DNA of 64,000 nt from NCBI GenBank assembly GCA_963677925.2, contig CAXXYH010000004.1, forward strand, positions 1,376,001 through 1,440,000, written 5' to 3'. The notes beneath the pieces were generated by a model, which saw nothing but the letters and a program-made list of their open reading frames with translations, made no database searches and was not told the origin of the DNA. The number at the start of each line of letters is the position of its first letter. Position 1 is the first letter of the stretch. This document shows, one piece after another, positions 45,284-56,113 of this stretch. Both the position numbers and the translations under genes were made by a program. Source of the DNA: Spirochaetia bacterium. GTDB lineage: Bacteria; Spirochaetota; Spirochaetia; UBA9216.

Positions 45284-46267
45284 ATGAGCGAGAAAATATT
45301 ATCCATCAATGATCTTACAGTACATTACTTCACCGATGATATGGGCATCAGTAAGGCTGTAAATAATTTTTCAATAGATATACGGGAAGGGGAAACCTTC
45401 GGGCTGGTCGGCGAAACCGGAGCCGGAAAGACTACCGTTGCACTGAGTATACTTGGGCTTCTGCAGGCTCCTCCGGGTAAAGTTCTGGGAGGTTCAATCA
45501 ACTATAAGGGAAAGGACCTTCTGAAGATGAAGGCTTCTGAAATGCGGAAGATTCGCGGTAAGGAAATTTCCATGGTTTTTCAAGATCCGATGACAGCCCT
45601 GAATCCTATAGACAGGGTAGGGGATCAGATTGCCGAGGTTATTTACCTCCATCAGGGATGCAGCCGCAAGGAAGCTCTTAAAAGGGCTGCTGAAATGCTT
45701 GAGCTTGTTGGAATATCACTGGATCGGTTCCGGGAATTCCCTCATCAGTTTTCAGGCGGAATGAAGCAGAGGGTTGTAATCGCCATGGCGCTTGCATGTT
45801 CACCCCAGATCCTGCTGGCTGACGAACCTACCACTGCACTTGATGTGACAATACAGGCCCAGATGCTTGAAATGATGAATAACCTGAAAAAAGAGCTTAA
45901 AACCTCGGTACTCATGATTACCCATGACCTTGGAGTAGTTGCTGAAATGTGTGATCGGGTAGCTGTAATGTATGCCGGTGAGATTCTTGAGGTAGGCAGT
46001 CCGGTAGATATCTTCAATAACACTGCTCATCCATATACCAAAGGACTGTTTTCTTCCCTTCCGGGGTATATGAAAAACTCCAAAAGGCTGCTGCCTGTTC
46101 CCGGGCTGATGCCGGATCCGGCGAACCTGCCGAAGCTATGTAAATTTGCACCCCGGTGTCAGAGCAAGTTTGATTTGTGTGAGAAGGAACTTCCGGAACT
46201 CGTAGAAATATCGGACGGTCATTTTGTTCGCTGTTTATTGTGCTCTAAAGGAAAGGATTGCAGATGA
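45284..46267 (+). CDS. Opp/Dpp-type ABC ATPase (OppD-like)
   Basis: GETGAGKT, FSGGMKQR, ADEPTTALD, HPYT, C-terminal Cys motif. Confidence 0.94.
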   Translation: MSEKILSINDLTVHYFTDDMGISKAVNNFSIDIREGETFGLVGETGAGKTTVALSILGLLQAPPGKVLGGSINYKGKDLLKMKASEMRKIRGKEISMVFQDPMTALNPIDRVGDQIAEVIYLHQGCSRKEALKRAAEMLELVGISLDRFREFPHQFSGGMKQRVVIAMALACSPQILLADEPTTALDVTIQAQMLEMMNNLKKELKTSVLMITHDLGVVAEMCDRVAVMYAGEILEVGSPVDIFNNTAHPYTKGLFSSLPGYMKNSKRLLPVPGLMPDPANLPKLCKFAPRCQSKFDLCEKELPELVEISDGHFVRCLLCSKGKDCR

Positions 46268-47214
46268 GTAATTTGATCGAAATTAAGAACTTAAAGAAAT
46301 ATTTTGAAACAGGAAACGGCTATCTTCATGCCGTCGATAATGTGAGTTTCTCAATCAAGACAGGAGAAACACTTGGAGTTGTAGGAGAATCGGGCTGCGG
46401 TAAATCAACTCTCGGAAGGGTTCTGATTCATCTGCTCGAGAGTACCGGCGGTGAAATTTTATACCGGAACAATGATATTACCAAGGTATCTAGAAAAGAG
46501 CTCAGTAAGCTTAGACGGGAAATGCAGATCATCTTTCAGGATCCGTATTCATCACTGAATCCCAGAATGACTGTCTATCAGATAATCTCTGAACCTCTGG
46601 TCATTGCTAAAAGCTGTTCCCGGAAAGAGATTTCTGAAAGAGTTTACAGGATAATGGATACGGTAGGTCTGGCCAGACGGCTTGTAAACTGTTACCCGCA
46701 TGAACTGGACGGAGGCAGAAGGCAGCGTATCGGTATAGCCAGATCGCTGATACTTGATCCTGATTTTATTGTATGTGATGAACCTGTTTCCGCACTGGAT
46801 GTTTCTATTCAGGCACAGATCATAAACCTGCTGCTTGATATTCAGCAGGAGAAAAATCTGACATACATATTCATTACTCATGATCTGATGGTCGTCAAAT
46901 ATATATCAGATAATATTATGGTCATGTATCTAGGCCAGATCGTTGAGTATGCTGATAATGAAGAGCTTTTTGAAAATCCGGTACATCCGTATACTCAGGC
47001 ACTGCTTTCAGCTGTTCCTGTTCCCGATCTTCAGGAGAAAAAAGAAAGAATAATAATGAAGGGAGAAATCCGTTCCCCCATCGATCCCCCGCCGGGATGC
47101 CGGTTTGCTGCAAGATGCGCTTATGCTACAGATGTCTGCAGATCAAAAAATCCGGTGCTGACAGAACTTTATCCCGGACATATGGTTGCCTGCTTTCATC
47201 CGCAGGGGAAATAG
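46264..47214 (+). CDS. Opp/Dpp-type ABC ATPase (OppF-like)
   Basis: GESGCGKST, LDGGRRQR, CDEPVSALD, HPYT, PPPGCRF; ATGA overlap with the OppD-like gene. Confidence 0.94.
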   Translation: MSNLIEIKNLKKYFETGNGYLHAVDNVSFSIKTGETLGVVGESGCGKSTLGRVLIHLLESTGGEILYRNNDITKVSRKELSKLRREMQIIFQDPYSSLNPRMTVYQIISEPLVIAKSCSRKEISERVYRIMDTVGLARRLVNCYPHELDGGRRQRIGIARSLILDPDFIVCDEPVSALDVSIQAQIINLLLDIQQEKNLTYIFITHDLMVVKYISDNIMVMYLGQIVEYADNEELFENPVHPYTQALLSAVPVPDLQEKKERIIMKGEIRSPIDPPPGCRFAARCAYATDVCRSKNPVLTELYPGHMVACFHPQGK

Positions 47215-47266
47215 AGAATAAAAAAAATTGTGAGATATCACAACAAAAATATATTAGGAGAGAAGA

Positions 47267-48889
47267 ATGAAAAAGAACGGTTTTACTGTTAAGCTGCTTG
47301 TTGCCCTTGCTCTTGCAGCAGTTCTTGTTCTGTCTGCATGCAGTAAAGACAGCTCGGATGACGGTGCAAAGGCATCTAAGGACACCCTTACGATAGCCTG
47401 TAATGCCGATCATGGAAATGTGAATAAGGCGGACTCAATCGGAGACAATGCAGCAATGCTTGCTTCACTGGCGACAAACTCATTGTTTGATCAGTATTAT
47501 AAGGAAGACGGCAGTATCGGTTTCGGTATCTGTGACAGAAGTCTTGCGGAGTCCTACCAGTTTGATGATGACTATCTTGGTATAACCATCAACCTTAGAA
47601 AGGGTGTGAAGTTTCAGAACGGAGTAGAGATGAAAGCGTCCGATGTAGTATTTTCACTCGGATTTTTCTCATCCAAATCCAATATGAAATTCATAGATTT
47701 CGAAAATGCTGCTGCAGTAGATGATTACACTGTTCATATTCCGCTGAACTACGTGTACAGAAGCGTTCTTAAAGCTTTGGGAATAATCGGTATCTGGAGT
47801 GAAAAGTACTGGGAAGAAGTCGGCGGTGATGCAGCAGTGTTCTTCCATGATGCTCCTATAGGAACCGGTGCTTTTCAGATTGTAAAATACATAACAGATG
47901 ACTATGCAGAACTGAACCGCTTTGATGATTATTTTGAAGGACCCGCCAAGCTTGCTAAAATCAGAGTAAGGTTTATCGGAGAAGCCTCTGTTGCCTTTGC
48001 TGAACTTGAAACAGGCGGAGTTGATTATATTTTTACACCCGGCGGAACAGATGTTAAAAATGTTCAGAACGGTGAGTATGGTGATGATTTTCAGGTTTAT
48101 TCCGCTCTGCAGGAAAATGCATTCCTGATTGGTTTTAACGGCTACAGCAAGGCTCTTAAAGATATCAAAGTAAGACAGGCTGTTGCACATGCAATTAACC
48201 GATCTTCAGTAACTACAGTTTTCTCGGGTGTTGCAGCTGATATCTATACAATTCTCAGTAATGCCCCCGGTACAATGACCGATTATTCAAAAAACTGGTT
48301 TTATCCGTATGATCCCGCTGCTGCTAAAGCAAAACTGAAGGAAGCCGGTTATGAGGATCGAGACAACGACGGTCTGGTTGAAGATGCTTCAGGTAATAAG
48401 ATTACACTGCGGTATCTTTACATAGGACCCAACCAGATGTATGCTGCCGCAGGTGAAGTCATGAAGAGCAACCTTGCCGATGTCGGAATTACTCTGGAAC
48501 TGCTTGGATACGATGTTCCAACCTACGATGCAATGATGAGAAACGATGTACAGTCATGGGATTTCTTTGAAATGAACATGGCAAGTATTGCCGGTTCACA
48601 GGGATGGAACTATACACCGGAAACTTTAATGATAACCTACAACCATATTGATCAGTATGAAAACTATGGTGAATACTACAGCAGATACATCGAGCCCATG
48701 AATACAACTCTTGATGATGATAAGTGGTGGGAGATTTTCAGGGATTTTGAAGATGCTGCACTTACAGAGTTCTTATACTGGTATCCGCTCTGCCAGAGAC
48801 TGGATTTCTCAATATACGCTTCAAATCTTAAGGATTTTGAAAGGGTAAATACCCAGACCTGGAATCTGAAAGATACTTATTTTGAATAG
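47267..48889 (+). CDS. Family 5 solute-binding lipoprotein (OppA/DppA-like)
   Basis: Lipobox LSAC; LRKGVKF.NG, PIGTGAF, VRQAVAHAINR, YDPAAAK..L.EAGY. Confidence 0.92.
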   Translation: MKKNGFTVKLLVALALAAVLVLSACSKDSSDDGAKASKDTLTIACNADHGNVNKADSIGDNAAMLASLATNSLFDQYYKEDGSIGFGICDRSLAESYQFDDDYLGITINLRKGVKFQNGVEMKASDVVFSLGFFSSKSNMKFIDFENAAAVDDYTVHIPLNYVYRSVLKALGIIGIWSEKYWEEVGGDAAVFFHDAPIGTGAFQIVKYITDDYAELNRFDDYFEGPAKLAKIRVRFIGEASVAFAELETGGVDYIFTPGGTDVKNVQNGEYGDDFQVYSALQENAFLIGFNGYSKALKDIKVRQAVAHAINRSSVTTVFSGVAADIYTILSNAPGTMTDYSKNWFYPYDPAAAKAKLKEAGYEDRDNDGLVEDASGNKITLRYLYIGPNQMYAAAGEVMKSNLADVGITLELLGYDVPTYDAMMRNDVQSWDFFEMNMASIAGSQGWNYTPETLMITYNHIDQYENYGEYYSRYIEPMNTTLDDDKWWEIFRDFEDAALTEFLYWYPLCQRLDFSIYASNLKDFERVNTQTWNLKDTYFE

Positions 48890-48908
48890 TATACAGTTTT
48901 AAAGATTC

Positions 48909-48945
48909 AAAAGAGTAAGCCTGCTGCAGGCTTACTCTTTTTTTT
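48909..48945 (+). terminator. Intrinsic terminator
   Basis: aaaagagtaagcctg-ctg-caggcttactc followed by T8. Confidence 0.88.
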
Positions 48946-49011
48946 GCCGTTATTGCTGTTTTAAATACAGTTATAATAGAAGAAAACAAAAGAAAATACG
49001 ATTCACCGCAT

Positions 49012-49044
49012 AAAAAAGGAGATGCCCGTAAGGGCATCTCCTTT
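49012..49044 (-). terminator. Intrinsic terminator
   Basis: Minus strand aaaggagatgccc-ttac-gggcatctcc followed by T6. Confidence 0.85.
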
Positions 49045-49078
49045 CAAAATTGTTCGGGCGACGATTCAAAGAATCTAC

Positions 49079-50752
49079 TTATTTCTCCAATGCTTCAAGC
49101 TTTTCAGGGGTAAGTGTCCTGAAGTAGCTTCCGCACAGGTTTTTCGGGTTAATTGCTTTGCGCATCTTGTACTGGTAGGCATATACCCATGGCTGAGCAG
49201 CCTTGATCATAAGTTCATCATGCTCTTCCTGGGTAAAGTTGTATCCATTCATGTGGCGTACGTCAGAGTTCCATCTGCAGAAGTCAGGACCAAAGCTGTG
49301 CTTATTGTGGAATTCCTGGTTTCCGTCCATAAAATCACAGGCGCCTTTGACAGAGTTCTTGTCATATGAGTCGAAGTTTGTAAAGAATTCCCAGCCTGTA
49401 GCTCCACCGCCTCCGATACCGGAAGTTGAACCCATTGCTGAGTCTCCGCCGGTGGCTGCAATTGAGTCATGCTCAAGTTCCCACTTTCTCTTAATTGCAA
49501 CGGCATCTTCGATGACTTCGATAGTCTTCCATACGTTGGGAGCAAGACCGAATGTACCTTCATAAGCACCGCACATTACGTAGTTAAGGTTCTTGTGACC
49601 GAGTCTTGTAAGGTAAAGAAGGGCATAGTCCATCATGTCCTTATCAAGCATCATTTCATTCTTCCAGCCGCCTGTCTGTTCGAGGATGTAGTCAACTGCT
49701 GCTTCCTTGTACTCAAAGTCTCTCTGTGTCATACCGGCAATTACGATATGATAATCGAGTTTCATACTTTCATTTTCTTTCTGGATTACAGGGTCTGCAA
49801 GTACTGTTTCAAGGTCTGATAGCTGAAGTTCAGGGCTGTTGATAATCTTGAGCATTGCTGCCTTAAGGTTTCTGCCGAACATGCTGAACTGTCTGTGGCC
49901 AAGGTAGAGTACATCGCTTTCGTGGAAGTACTGAACACTTCGTGCCCATGCCTTCCAGTCGGGGAAACACATAGTGTAGCACTTGAAATTATCACCGAAA
50001 TCGGCTCTGTATGCAGGAATTGTTCCTCTTGTGGGGAAGTCTTTTGGGCCCGGCCATGGGTGAAGTCTTACAGCCATCTTTGTACAGATACCTGATGTAC
50101 CTGCTGTACCAAAAGTACCTCTGAGCATACCTCTCTGGCTTGGTCCGGGGCCTTCGCCGCAGAACCAGTCATCACTTGAACCAAGTGAACCTGTTTTAAG
50201 AAGTTCGCCGTTGGGAAGAATCCATTCTGAGGCAAGAAGGTTTTCAGGAGTTGAACCCATGAAAATTGTTCCGGGACCGAATCCAATCCAGCCTGCGGTA
50301 CTTGCAAGAGTTGAACTTGAGCATCCTACACCGGGGATATTAAGGTTGAGTCCTACTTTCATGGCTTCTGCCTGAACTGTAGCTGCAATTGCATAGGGCT
50401 CAATGACTGCTGTCATATTTTTAACATCAATTTCAACGCTTTTCATTCTTCTGAGGTCAATCTGAAGACCGTAGTCTGAACCGATATGGCCCATTGTTGA
50501 CCAGAAAGTAGAAGCAGCTTTGAATTCAATATCGTACTTATTACATAATTTAACTATCTGCTGAACTTCTTCTGTTGTTGAAGGAAGAATTACAGCCTGC
50601 GGGATTGGAGTCCAGACTTCTGATGGTCCATAGTGAGCTGAACTCTGAGATGGAATACTTCTATATGTTTCACATACCCCGATATCTTCAGAAACGTTTC
50701 TTTTTCCTACAATATCTTCAAGGGCCTGGTATATTTCTCTTGAAAAAGCCAT
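49079..50752 (-). CDS. FAD-binding oxidoreductase (VAO/PCMH, GlcD-like)
   Basis: P.AVILP.TTEEVQ.IVK, IDLRRM, IEP, EW.LPNGEL..TGS, GPGP...G...G..GT.GI.TK, INPKN. Confidence 0.85.
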   Translation of the reverse strand: MAFSREIYQALEDIVGKRNVSEDIGVCETYRSIPSQSSAHYGPSEVWTPIPQAVILPSTTEEVQQIVKLCNKYDIEFKAASTFWSTMGHIGSDYGLQIDLRRMKSVEIDVKNMTAVIEPYAIAATVQAEAMKVGLNLNIPGVGCSSSTLASTAGWIGFGPGTIFMGSTPENLLASEWILPNGELLKTGSLGSSDDWFCGEGPGPSQRGMLRGTFGTAGTSGICTKMAVRLHPWPGPKDFPTRGTIPAYRADFGDNFKCYTMCFPDWKAWARSVQYFHESDVLYLGHRQFSMFGRNLKAAMLKIINSPELQLSDLETVLADPVIQKENESMKLDYHIVIAGMTQRDFEYKEAAVDYILEQTGGWKNEMMLDKDMMDYALLYLTRLGHKNLNYVMCGAYEGTFGLAPNVWKTIEVIEDAVAIKRKWELEHDSIAATGGDSAMGSTSGIGGGGATGWEFFTNFDSYDKNSVKGACDFMDGNQEFHNKHSFGPDFCRWNSDVRHMNGYNFTQEEHDELMIKAAQPWVYAYQYKMRKAINPKNLCGSYFRTLTPEKLEALEK

Positions 50753-50766
50753 TATTTTACCTCCTG

Positions 50767-52041
50767 TTAAAGTGCCTGCTGCACAAGCTCAATGATATCC
50801 AGAACATCGATTGTGTTGCCGTCTTCATCTGCAGTACCGGTGAAGTTATCCTTACACCATGGACATGCTGTTACCATTGCGTCAGCACCTGTTGCGTTTG
50901 CTTCGGCAACTCTCTCACCTGCTGTCCATTTTGAGAACTCAGGATTTGATTCATTACATCCGCCGCCTGCACCGCAGCACCATGAGTATTCCCTGATTCT
51001 TTCCATTTCGTTAAGTTTAACACCGGGAATTGCTTCGAGGATATTTCTCGGAGCATCATAGATTCCGTGAGCACCGTTGTATCTTGGTCTTCTTGGTTCC
51101 CAAATCTGAATCTGGTTGAAGATTTTCTTTTCAACACCGTTCCATTCTTCATATTTTTCACCGAGTCTTCCAAGGTGACATGGGTCGTGGTAGGTAACTG
51201 TCATATCAACTGACTTTGTGAACTTGATTTTGCCTTCTTCGATAAGTCTGTCGATGTATTCTACTACGTGGAGTACTTCAACTTCGAAACCGAGTTTTGC
51301 ATACTGTCTCTTGAAAGCATGGTAACAGTCGGAACAGGGTGTAACGATTGTTTTAACACCGGCTTTTTCAAAAGCCTTGATGTTTGAATCAGCTCTGTCT
51401 TTGAACTCTGTGAAGAAACCCATCTGATGCGATCTTCCTGCACAGCAGTTGTCTGCAGCTCCGAGGTAGCCAAGATCAACTTCGGCACTCTGAAGTACTT
51501 TGACTGCATTCTGGGCTACTTTCTGAAGTTTCTCGTCGTAGCTGTATTTACAACCTGGAAAGAATGCAACATCACCCTGTTCTTTGAAAAGATCCTTCAT
51601 TTTAAGGTCTTTCGCCCAGTCTGATCTGTTTGCTTTCTTTGTTCCGGGAATCATGCTGTTTTCTTTTTTAAGGTTCTCTATAACAGGTTTCTGTCCTTCA
51701 AGAATTACACCCTTCTCAACAGCGTATGCTTTCTGTTCGATATTGTGCTCAAGCGGCTCAAGGTTGTACCTTGTAACCTTACACATAGTGTCGCATGCAC
51801 CGCAGGAAGTACATGAATGGATTACTTCTGCTGCCTTGTCGTTCAGCTCAGCTCTTCCGTCAAGAAGACTCTGGCTTAACTGGTAACGACCGCGTGCAGA
51901 GTAGGTCATGAAATTATAATAACCGATACTTGGACAGTTTTCTCCAAATCTCAGGCTTTTAATTTTATCAAAAGGAATGAATTTACAGCTTGCGCAGCTG
52001 CTGCATCGTTCCATCATAGCTCTATGATCTTTTAAGGCCAT
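50767..52041 (-). CDS. Fe-S oxidoreductase with CCG domains (GlcF/GlpC/HdrD-like)
   Basis: CSSCASC, CTSCGAC, CCAG, TPCSDC, YHDPCHLGR, CCGAGGG, TACPWC. Confidence 0.9.
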   Translation of the reverse strand: MALKDHRAMMERCSSCASCKFIPFDKIKSLRFGENCPSIGYYNFMTYSARGRYQLSQSLLDGRAELNDKAAEVIHSCTSCGACDTMCKVTRYNLEPLEHNIEQKAYAVEKGVILEGQKPVIENLKKENSMIPGTKKANRSDWAKDLKMKDLFKEQGDVAFFPGCKYSYDEKLQKVAQNAVKVLQSAEVDLGYLGAADNCCAGRSHQMGFFTEFKDRADSNIKAFEKAGVKTIVTPCSDCYHAFKRQYAKLGFEVEVLHVVEYIDRLIEEGKIKFTKSVDMTVTYHDPCHLGRLGEKYEEWNGVEKKIFNQIQIWEPRRPRYNGAHGIYDAPRNILEAIPGVKLNEMERIREYSWCCGAGGGCNESNPEFSKWTAGERVAEANATGADAMVTACPWCKDNFTGTADEDGNTIDVLDIIELVQQAL

Positions 52042-52064
52042 GCTCGTTTCCTCCGTTTCTAATA

Positions 52065-53537
52065 TTATTTTATTGTAAGCTTTCCAGTATTCATGATGTT
52101 GTTCGGATCGAAAACATCTTTAAGATCCCGCAGGACCTTGTATGTCTGAGCATCCTTATTAAGCTGAATGCCGGCCCAGATGTCGTATGGTCGTGCGTAG
52201 TATCCGCCGAGTTTTGACATTTCCTTACTTGCTGCAACATAGAGAGCTTTTACTTTCTTAGCCTCTTTTGCGTTTTCCTTGTCATAAGGCAGGCTGAATT
52301 CAAGATGAACAGAAGTTCCCATGTGCTGAGGCTGGATATAAACACCAAGATCTTCAGTCGGGTAACCTGCATCGATAGCCATTTCATACATCTTGTTGAT
52401 GAATGTTGAGGTCTTGTCGAGAGTGGTTACAAAGAAGATATCCTGGAAAGAACCCTTCTGTGTCTGCTTCCAGTACTTTTCTCCTGAAGGCTTTGCAACT
52501 TTTGCAAGTACATCTTCGCCTGCTGCGCCCGGAACTGCCTTGAGGAACTGAAGTCCGCATTCCTGAGCTATGTCAGCAATGTCTTCTTCCTGTGCTTTCA
52601 CTTTCATTTCCGGAAGGAGAATATCCGCAGAAATTCCAACCGGAGCTACCCATGCCGGGAGCTCTGCTTTAAGAGCAGCAATTTCTTCCTTTGATTCGCC
52701 CATCAGGCTTGCAAGGTAGGCCTTGTTCATAACAAAAAGTTTGTCGCTGAATCTGAATCTGAGTGTTTTGTAGACAAAGTCTTCAAGATCAGTAGATTTC
52801 TTAGCGGGTACCATGTACATCTTGTTGATTGTAGGGAGAAGTTCACATTTCATGGATGCCCATGTAACAATTCCCATGCTTCCCTGAGCCTGCATAACCA
52901 TTCGGAGCATGTCAGTCATGTTGGGTCCGTTTGAGTGAACCTGCCATTTTCCGAGATCCCACTGTTTCTGAAGATCTTTTGGTCCGTTTCCGGCTTCACC
53001 GGTGTAGATCTGATGACCGTCACCAAATGTAACTTCTGTACATCTGATTGGTTCAGTATAGTTGAACTGATGAACACTGTTCAGTCTTGGTTCCATTTCA
53101 AGAACACTTGTTAAAACCGATTTGTTTGCTTTTGGTGCTATAGAAGTTGGGAGCGTCAATCCTTCTTTTGCCAGTGCAGGCTGCAGCTGGGCGTATGTTA
53201 CACCCGGCTCAATAACAATCATTCTCTGCTGGCGGTTGATGCTGATAATTTTGTTCATTCCACTGAGATCAACAATTATTGACTGTGGTGCGCTTGGTAC
53301 AGTATCACCCTTGAAATGGGGTGCACCTGAACTTACCGGTACAAGCGGTGTTTTTGATTCGTTTGCCCACTTAACTAATTTTTCTACCTGTTCTGCGTTT
53401 TCGGGTTTTACAACAAAGAACGGTTTAATAGGTGTAGCAAAACTTTCGTCTTTAGAATAACTTTCAATTACTTCCGGACTATCGATAACATTCTTTGCAC
53501 CGACAATCCCAACTAAATTTTGTTTCATGCTTTCCAA
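52065..53537 (-). CDS. FAD-binding oxidoreductase (GlcD/GlcE-like)
   Basis: VVKP...EQV, VDLSGMNKI, IEPGVTY, QGSMGIVT, K..FDPNNIMN.GK; TTG start after AAGGAGG. Confidence 0.87.
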   Translation of the reverse strand: MESMKQNLVGIVGAKNVIDSPEVIESYSKDESFATPIKPFFVVKPENAEQVEKLVKWANESKTPLVPVSSGAPHFKGDTVPSAPQSIIVDLSGMNKIISINRQQRMIVIEPGVTYAQLQPALAKEGLTLPTSIAPKANKSVLTSVLEMEPRLNSVHQFNYTEPIRCTEVTFGDGHQIYTGEAGNGPKDLQKQWDLGKWQVHSNGPNMTDMLRMVMQAQGSMGIVTWASMKCELLPTINKMYMVPAKKSTDLEDFVYKTLRFRFSDKLFVMNKAYLASLMGESKEEIAALKAELPAWVAPVGISADILLPEMKVKAQEEDIADIAQECGLQFLKAVPGAAGEDVLAKVAKPSGEKYWKQTQKGSFQDIFFVTTLDKTSTFINKMYEMAIDAGYPTEDLGVYIQPQHMGTSVHLEFSLPYDKENAKEAKKVKALYVAASKEMSKLGGYYARPYDIWAGIQLNKDAQTYKVLRDLKDVFDPNNIMNTGKLTIK

Positions 53538-53762
53538 AGCTTCGGCCTCCTTTTGAAGATTAAAAAAAATTGTAATGATTGTAATTATTGCACTATTTAA
53601 AGTATCTGTCAAATTTTATTGAACCCATTCGGTCAAAAAAAATAGAGAATAGAATATTTACCTGATATGTAAGGATTTATGCGGGATATTTGCAGTATTT
53701 TTGTAATGATAAAAGAGGCGAAATGAAAATAAAATTTAAAGACTTTAAGGTAAGGGAAGTTT

Positions 53763-54497
53763 TTAAGCTTTGGGATTTTCCCAGACGCCGCGGTCTCCGG
53801 CGGCATTTAGATACTCCTGTACAGACACTATGTGGTCATACATTACCCTGGCTGCAGTTTCAGCGTCACGGTTTTTCAGGGCATTATAAATCTGTTCATG
53901 AGACCTGAAGATAGCGACATACTCTTCCTGCTTGATGATGTGGTTCACCTTCAGTTCTTCCATGACGTTTTCAAGGAACTCGATGATTATGATAAACAGC
54001 GGATTCTGACTGGCCTGTCCTATAATCTTGTGAAAACTAAGGTCGTATCTTCCGGTTTTCCATATTTCAGCGCTTTGAAGATTGATGTTTTTGGAGGTTT
54101 CAACTATCTGCCTGAGCTCTTCAAGCTGTTCATCGGTAATCAGTTCGGCTGCCATTCTTGCCGCAGTGGGTTCGATTGTCTTCCGGAAGTCGCAGACCTG
54201 GTTTACGCTGAGATTTTTAAAATATAGAAAATTTGCAAGCATTTCCTGGGGAACTACACTGTCAACTTCTGCTATGCAGGGACCGCCGGCAGCACCCTTC
54301 TTGATTTCTATCAGACCGATAAACTCAAGAGCCCGCAGAGCTTCTCTTAAAGTCTGTCTGCTTACGTTGAACTGTTCTGTAAGAATGTTTTCGGGAGGCA
54401 GTCTGTCGCCGGGGCTTAATTTTCCTTTGAAGATCATATTCCGGATTTGCGAAATTATTTCACTTGAGATTTTATTTCCTCTGACTGATTCAAACAT
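53763..54497 (-). CDS. GntR/FadR-family regulator
   Basis: L.PGDRLP.E..L...F.VSR.TLREAL; FCD domain with FH...ASQNP. Confidence 0.93.
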   Translation of the reverse strand: MFESVRGNKISSEIISQIRNMIFKGKLSPGDRLPPENILTEQFNVSRQTLREALRALEFIGLIEIKKGAAGGPCIAEVDSVVPQEMLANFLYFKNLSVNQVCDFRKTIEPTAARMAAELITDEQLEELRQIVETSKNINLQSAEIWKTGRYDLSFHKIIGQASQNPLFIIIIEFLENVMEELKVNHIIKQEEYVAIFRSHEQIYNALKNRDAETAARVMYDHIVSVQEYLNAAGDRGVWENPKA

Positions 54498-54520
54498 AGG
54501 CTCTGCCTCAACGATAAAAG

Positions 54521-54531
54521 TTATCTGATAA
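54521..54531. promoter_or_regulatory. Putative FadR-type operator palindrome
   Basis: TTATCTGATAA upstream of the regulator; similar GTATCTGTCAA (53602) and TTACCTGATAT (53658) upstream of the oxidoreductase operon. Confidence 0.45.
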
Positions 54532-54571
54532 TAGGTTCCGTAACTTTTATTGTCAAGACAGGCTGGACTGT

Positions 54572-56070
54572 CTAATCCGTCAGGATATCGTATAAATTGC
54601 TGTTTTTAATAATTTTAAGAAGCTTTTGCCTCTTTTGTATAAGTTCCGAATAAATTTCAGTGTGCCTGCTTATCGGTTCATAGGCTCTGCATTGACTCTC
54701 ATCAACCGCGGATTTAAATGCTGTTTTATAATCGGGAAAGTGTCCAAGCCTGTATGCTGCTGATATCCAGGCACCCAGCGATGTCGCTTCATCAGACTGG
54801 TATCTTATCACTTTCCGGTTTGCAGCATCAGCCTGAATCTGGTTGAAAAGACTGAAAGATGTCATTCCTCCTGCCGTTGATATTGTTCGAATATCCGGTA
54901 TGAACTCTGAAAAAAGATTCAGGTTGTCAGCAAGTTCAAATGCAATGCTTTCTATTACAGCTCTGCACATATCAGCTTTGGAGGTTGCGAGTGTCAGGCC
55001 GTGGAATGAGCCAGTAGCTGAGGGTTCCCACATGGGTGAACCAGCTCCTTTGAAGTAGGGCAGCAGAAGCACTCCGTTTGCACCTGCAGGTGTTTGTTCA
55101 ACATCCGAATTGAGCAGTTCAAAATCCTTGCTGCCGACATAGAAATTTTCTGAAAACCACCTGTAGACTGAACCGGTGGTGAGTACCGATGCCTCTATTA
55201 TGAAACTGTTTTTAACAGCAGAGACATTGCAGGAAAGGCGCATGTCCGGATCGAATACAGCTCAGCAGTTGAGCCGATAAGATATGAACCAGTTCCGGTG
55301 TTTGCTACAACTGTCGAACTGTCGAACATTCCCTGCCCGAGAGCCGCACACTGCTGATCGCCTCCTGCAGAGATGACAGGAATACCCTGTCTAAGGCCTG
55401 AAAGTCTGGCTGCCTCTATGGTCAGGCCGCCTGCAGATGAGCCCTGTTCAATTATACGGCACAGCTTATCTTCTTCAATATCAAAGATTTGAAGCAGTTC
55501 TTTATCCCACTGCTTTGTATGCAGATTAAGAAGGCAGGTTCTGCTTGCAAGAGTCGCATCGGTAACAAAATTCCCAGTAAGAGCATTAAGCAGCAGATCC
55601 TGTATTCCAATGAACTTGTAAGTGCTGCTGTAGATTTCGGGTTTGTTGTCTTTTATCCAGTTTATTTTTGGAGCTGAGAATACCGGCGAAATCCTCATTC
55701 CGCATCTGCTGTAGACGTCAGCCTCTGCTTCTTTTAAAGAATCACAGCAGTACTCTGTTCTCTTGTCCTGCCACATAATTGCAGGGTATATATGTTTTCC
55801 ATTACGGTCCACAGGAATGACTGACGAACGCTGAGACGTCAGTGATATAGCTGAGATATCAGCTCCATCCGCATCTGCCTTTGCTTTTAAATCCTGCAGT
55901 ATTACAAAGAGTTTTGTCAGCCAGGTCTGCGGGTCCTGTTCAACCCAGCCGTTTTTATGATAAATGGGAGGGTTTTCGAGTTGGCAGACATGCATCTGTT
56001 TACCGTATTGGTCAAAGAGTATACCTCGTATACTTGTAGTTCCTGTATCAATAGTGACAATTTCCAACAT
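54572..56070 (-). pseudogene. FGGY carbohydrate kinase split by a 1-nt frameshift near 55260
   Basis: N-half (IDTGTTS, QRSS, WQDKR, GGDQQ, TGTGS) and C-half (LLLPYF.G...P, RAVIE, GG, EATSLGA) lie in different frames. One added C restores ...TAEPVFDPDMRLSC. Confidence 0.8.
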
Positions 56071-56113
56071 TGGAGTTGATTTTACCTGAAATGAGCAATA
56101 TAATCAATTTAAT

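Noticed and set aside
53690-53908. 72-aa plus-strand ORF upstream of the oxidoreductase operon
   Set aside because: Overlaps the FadR gene antisense and shows no protein features.
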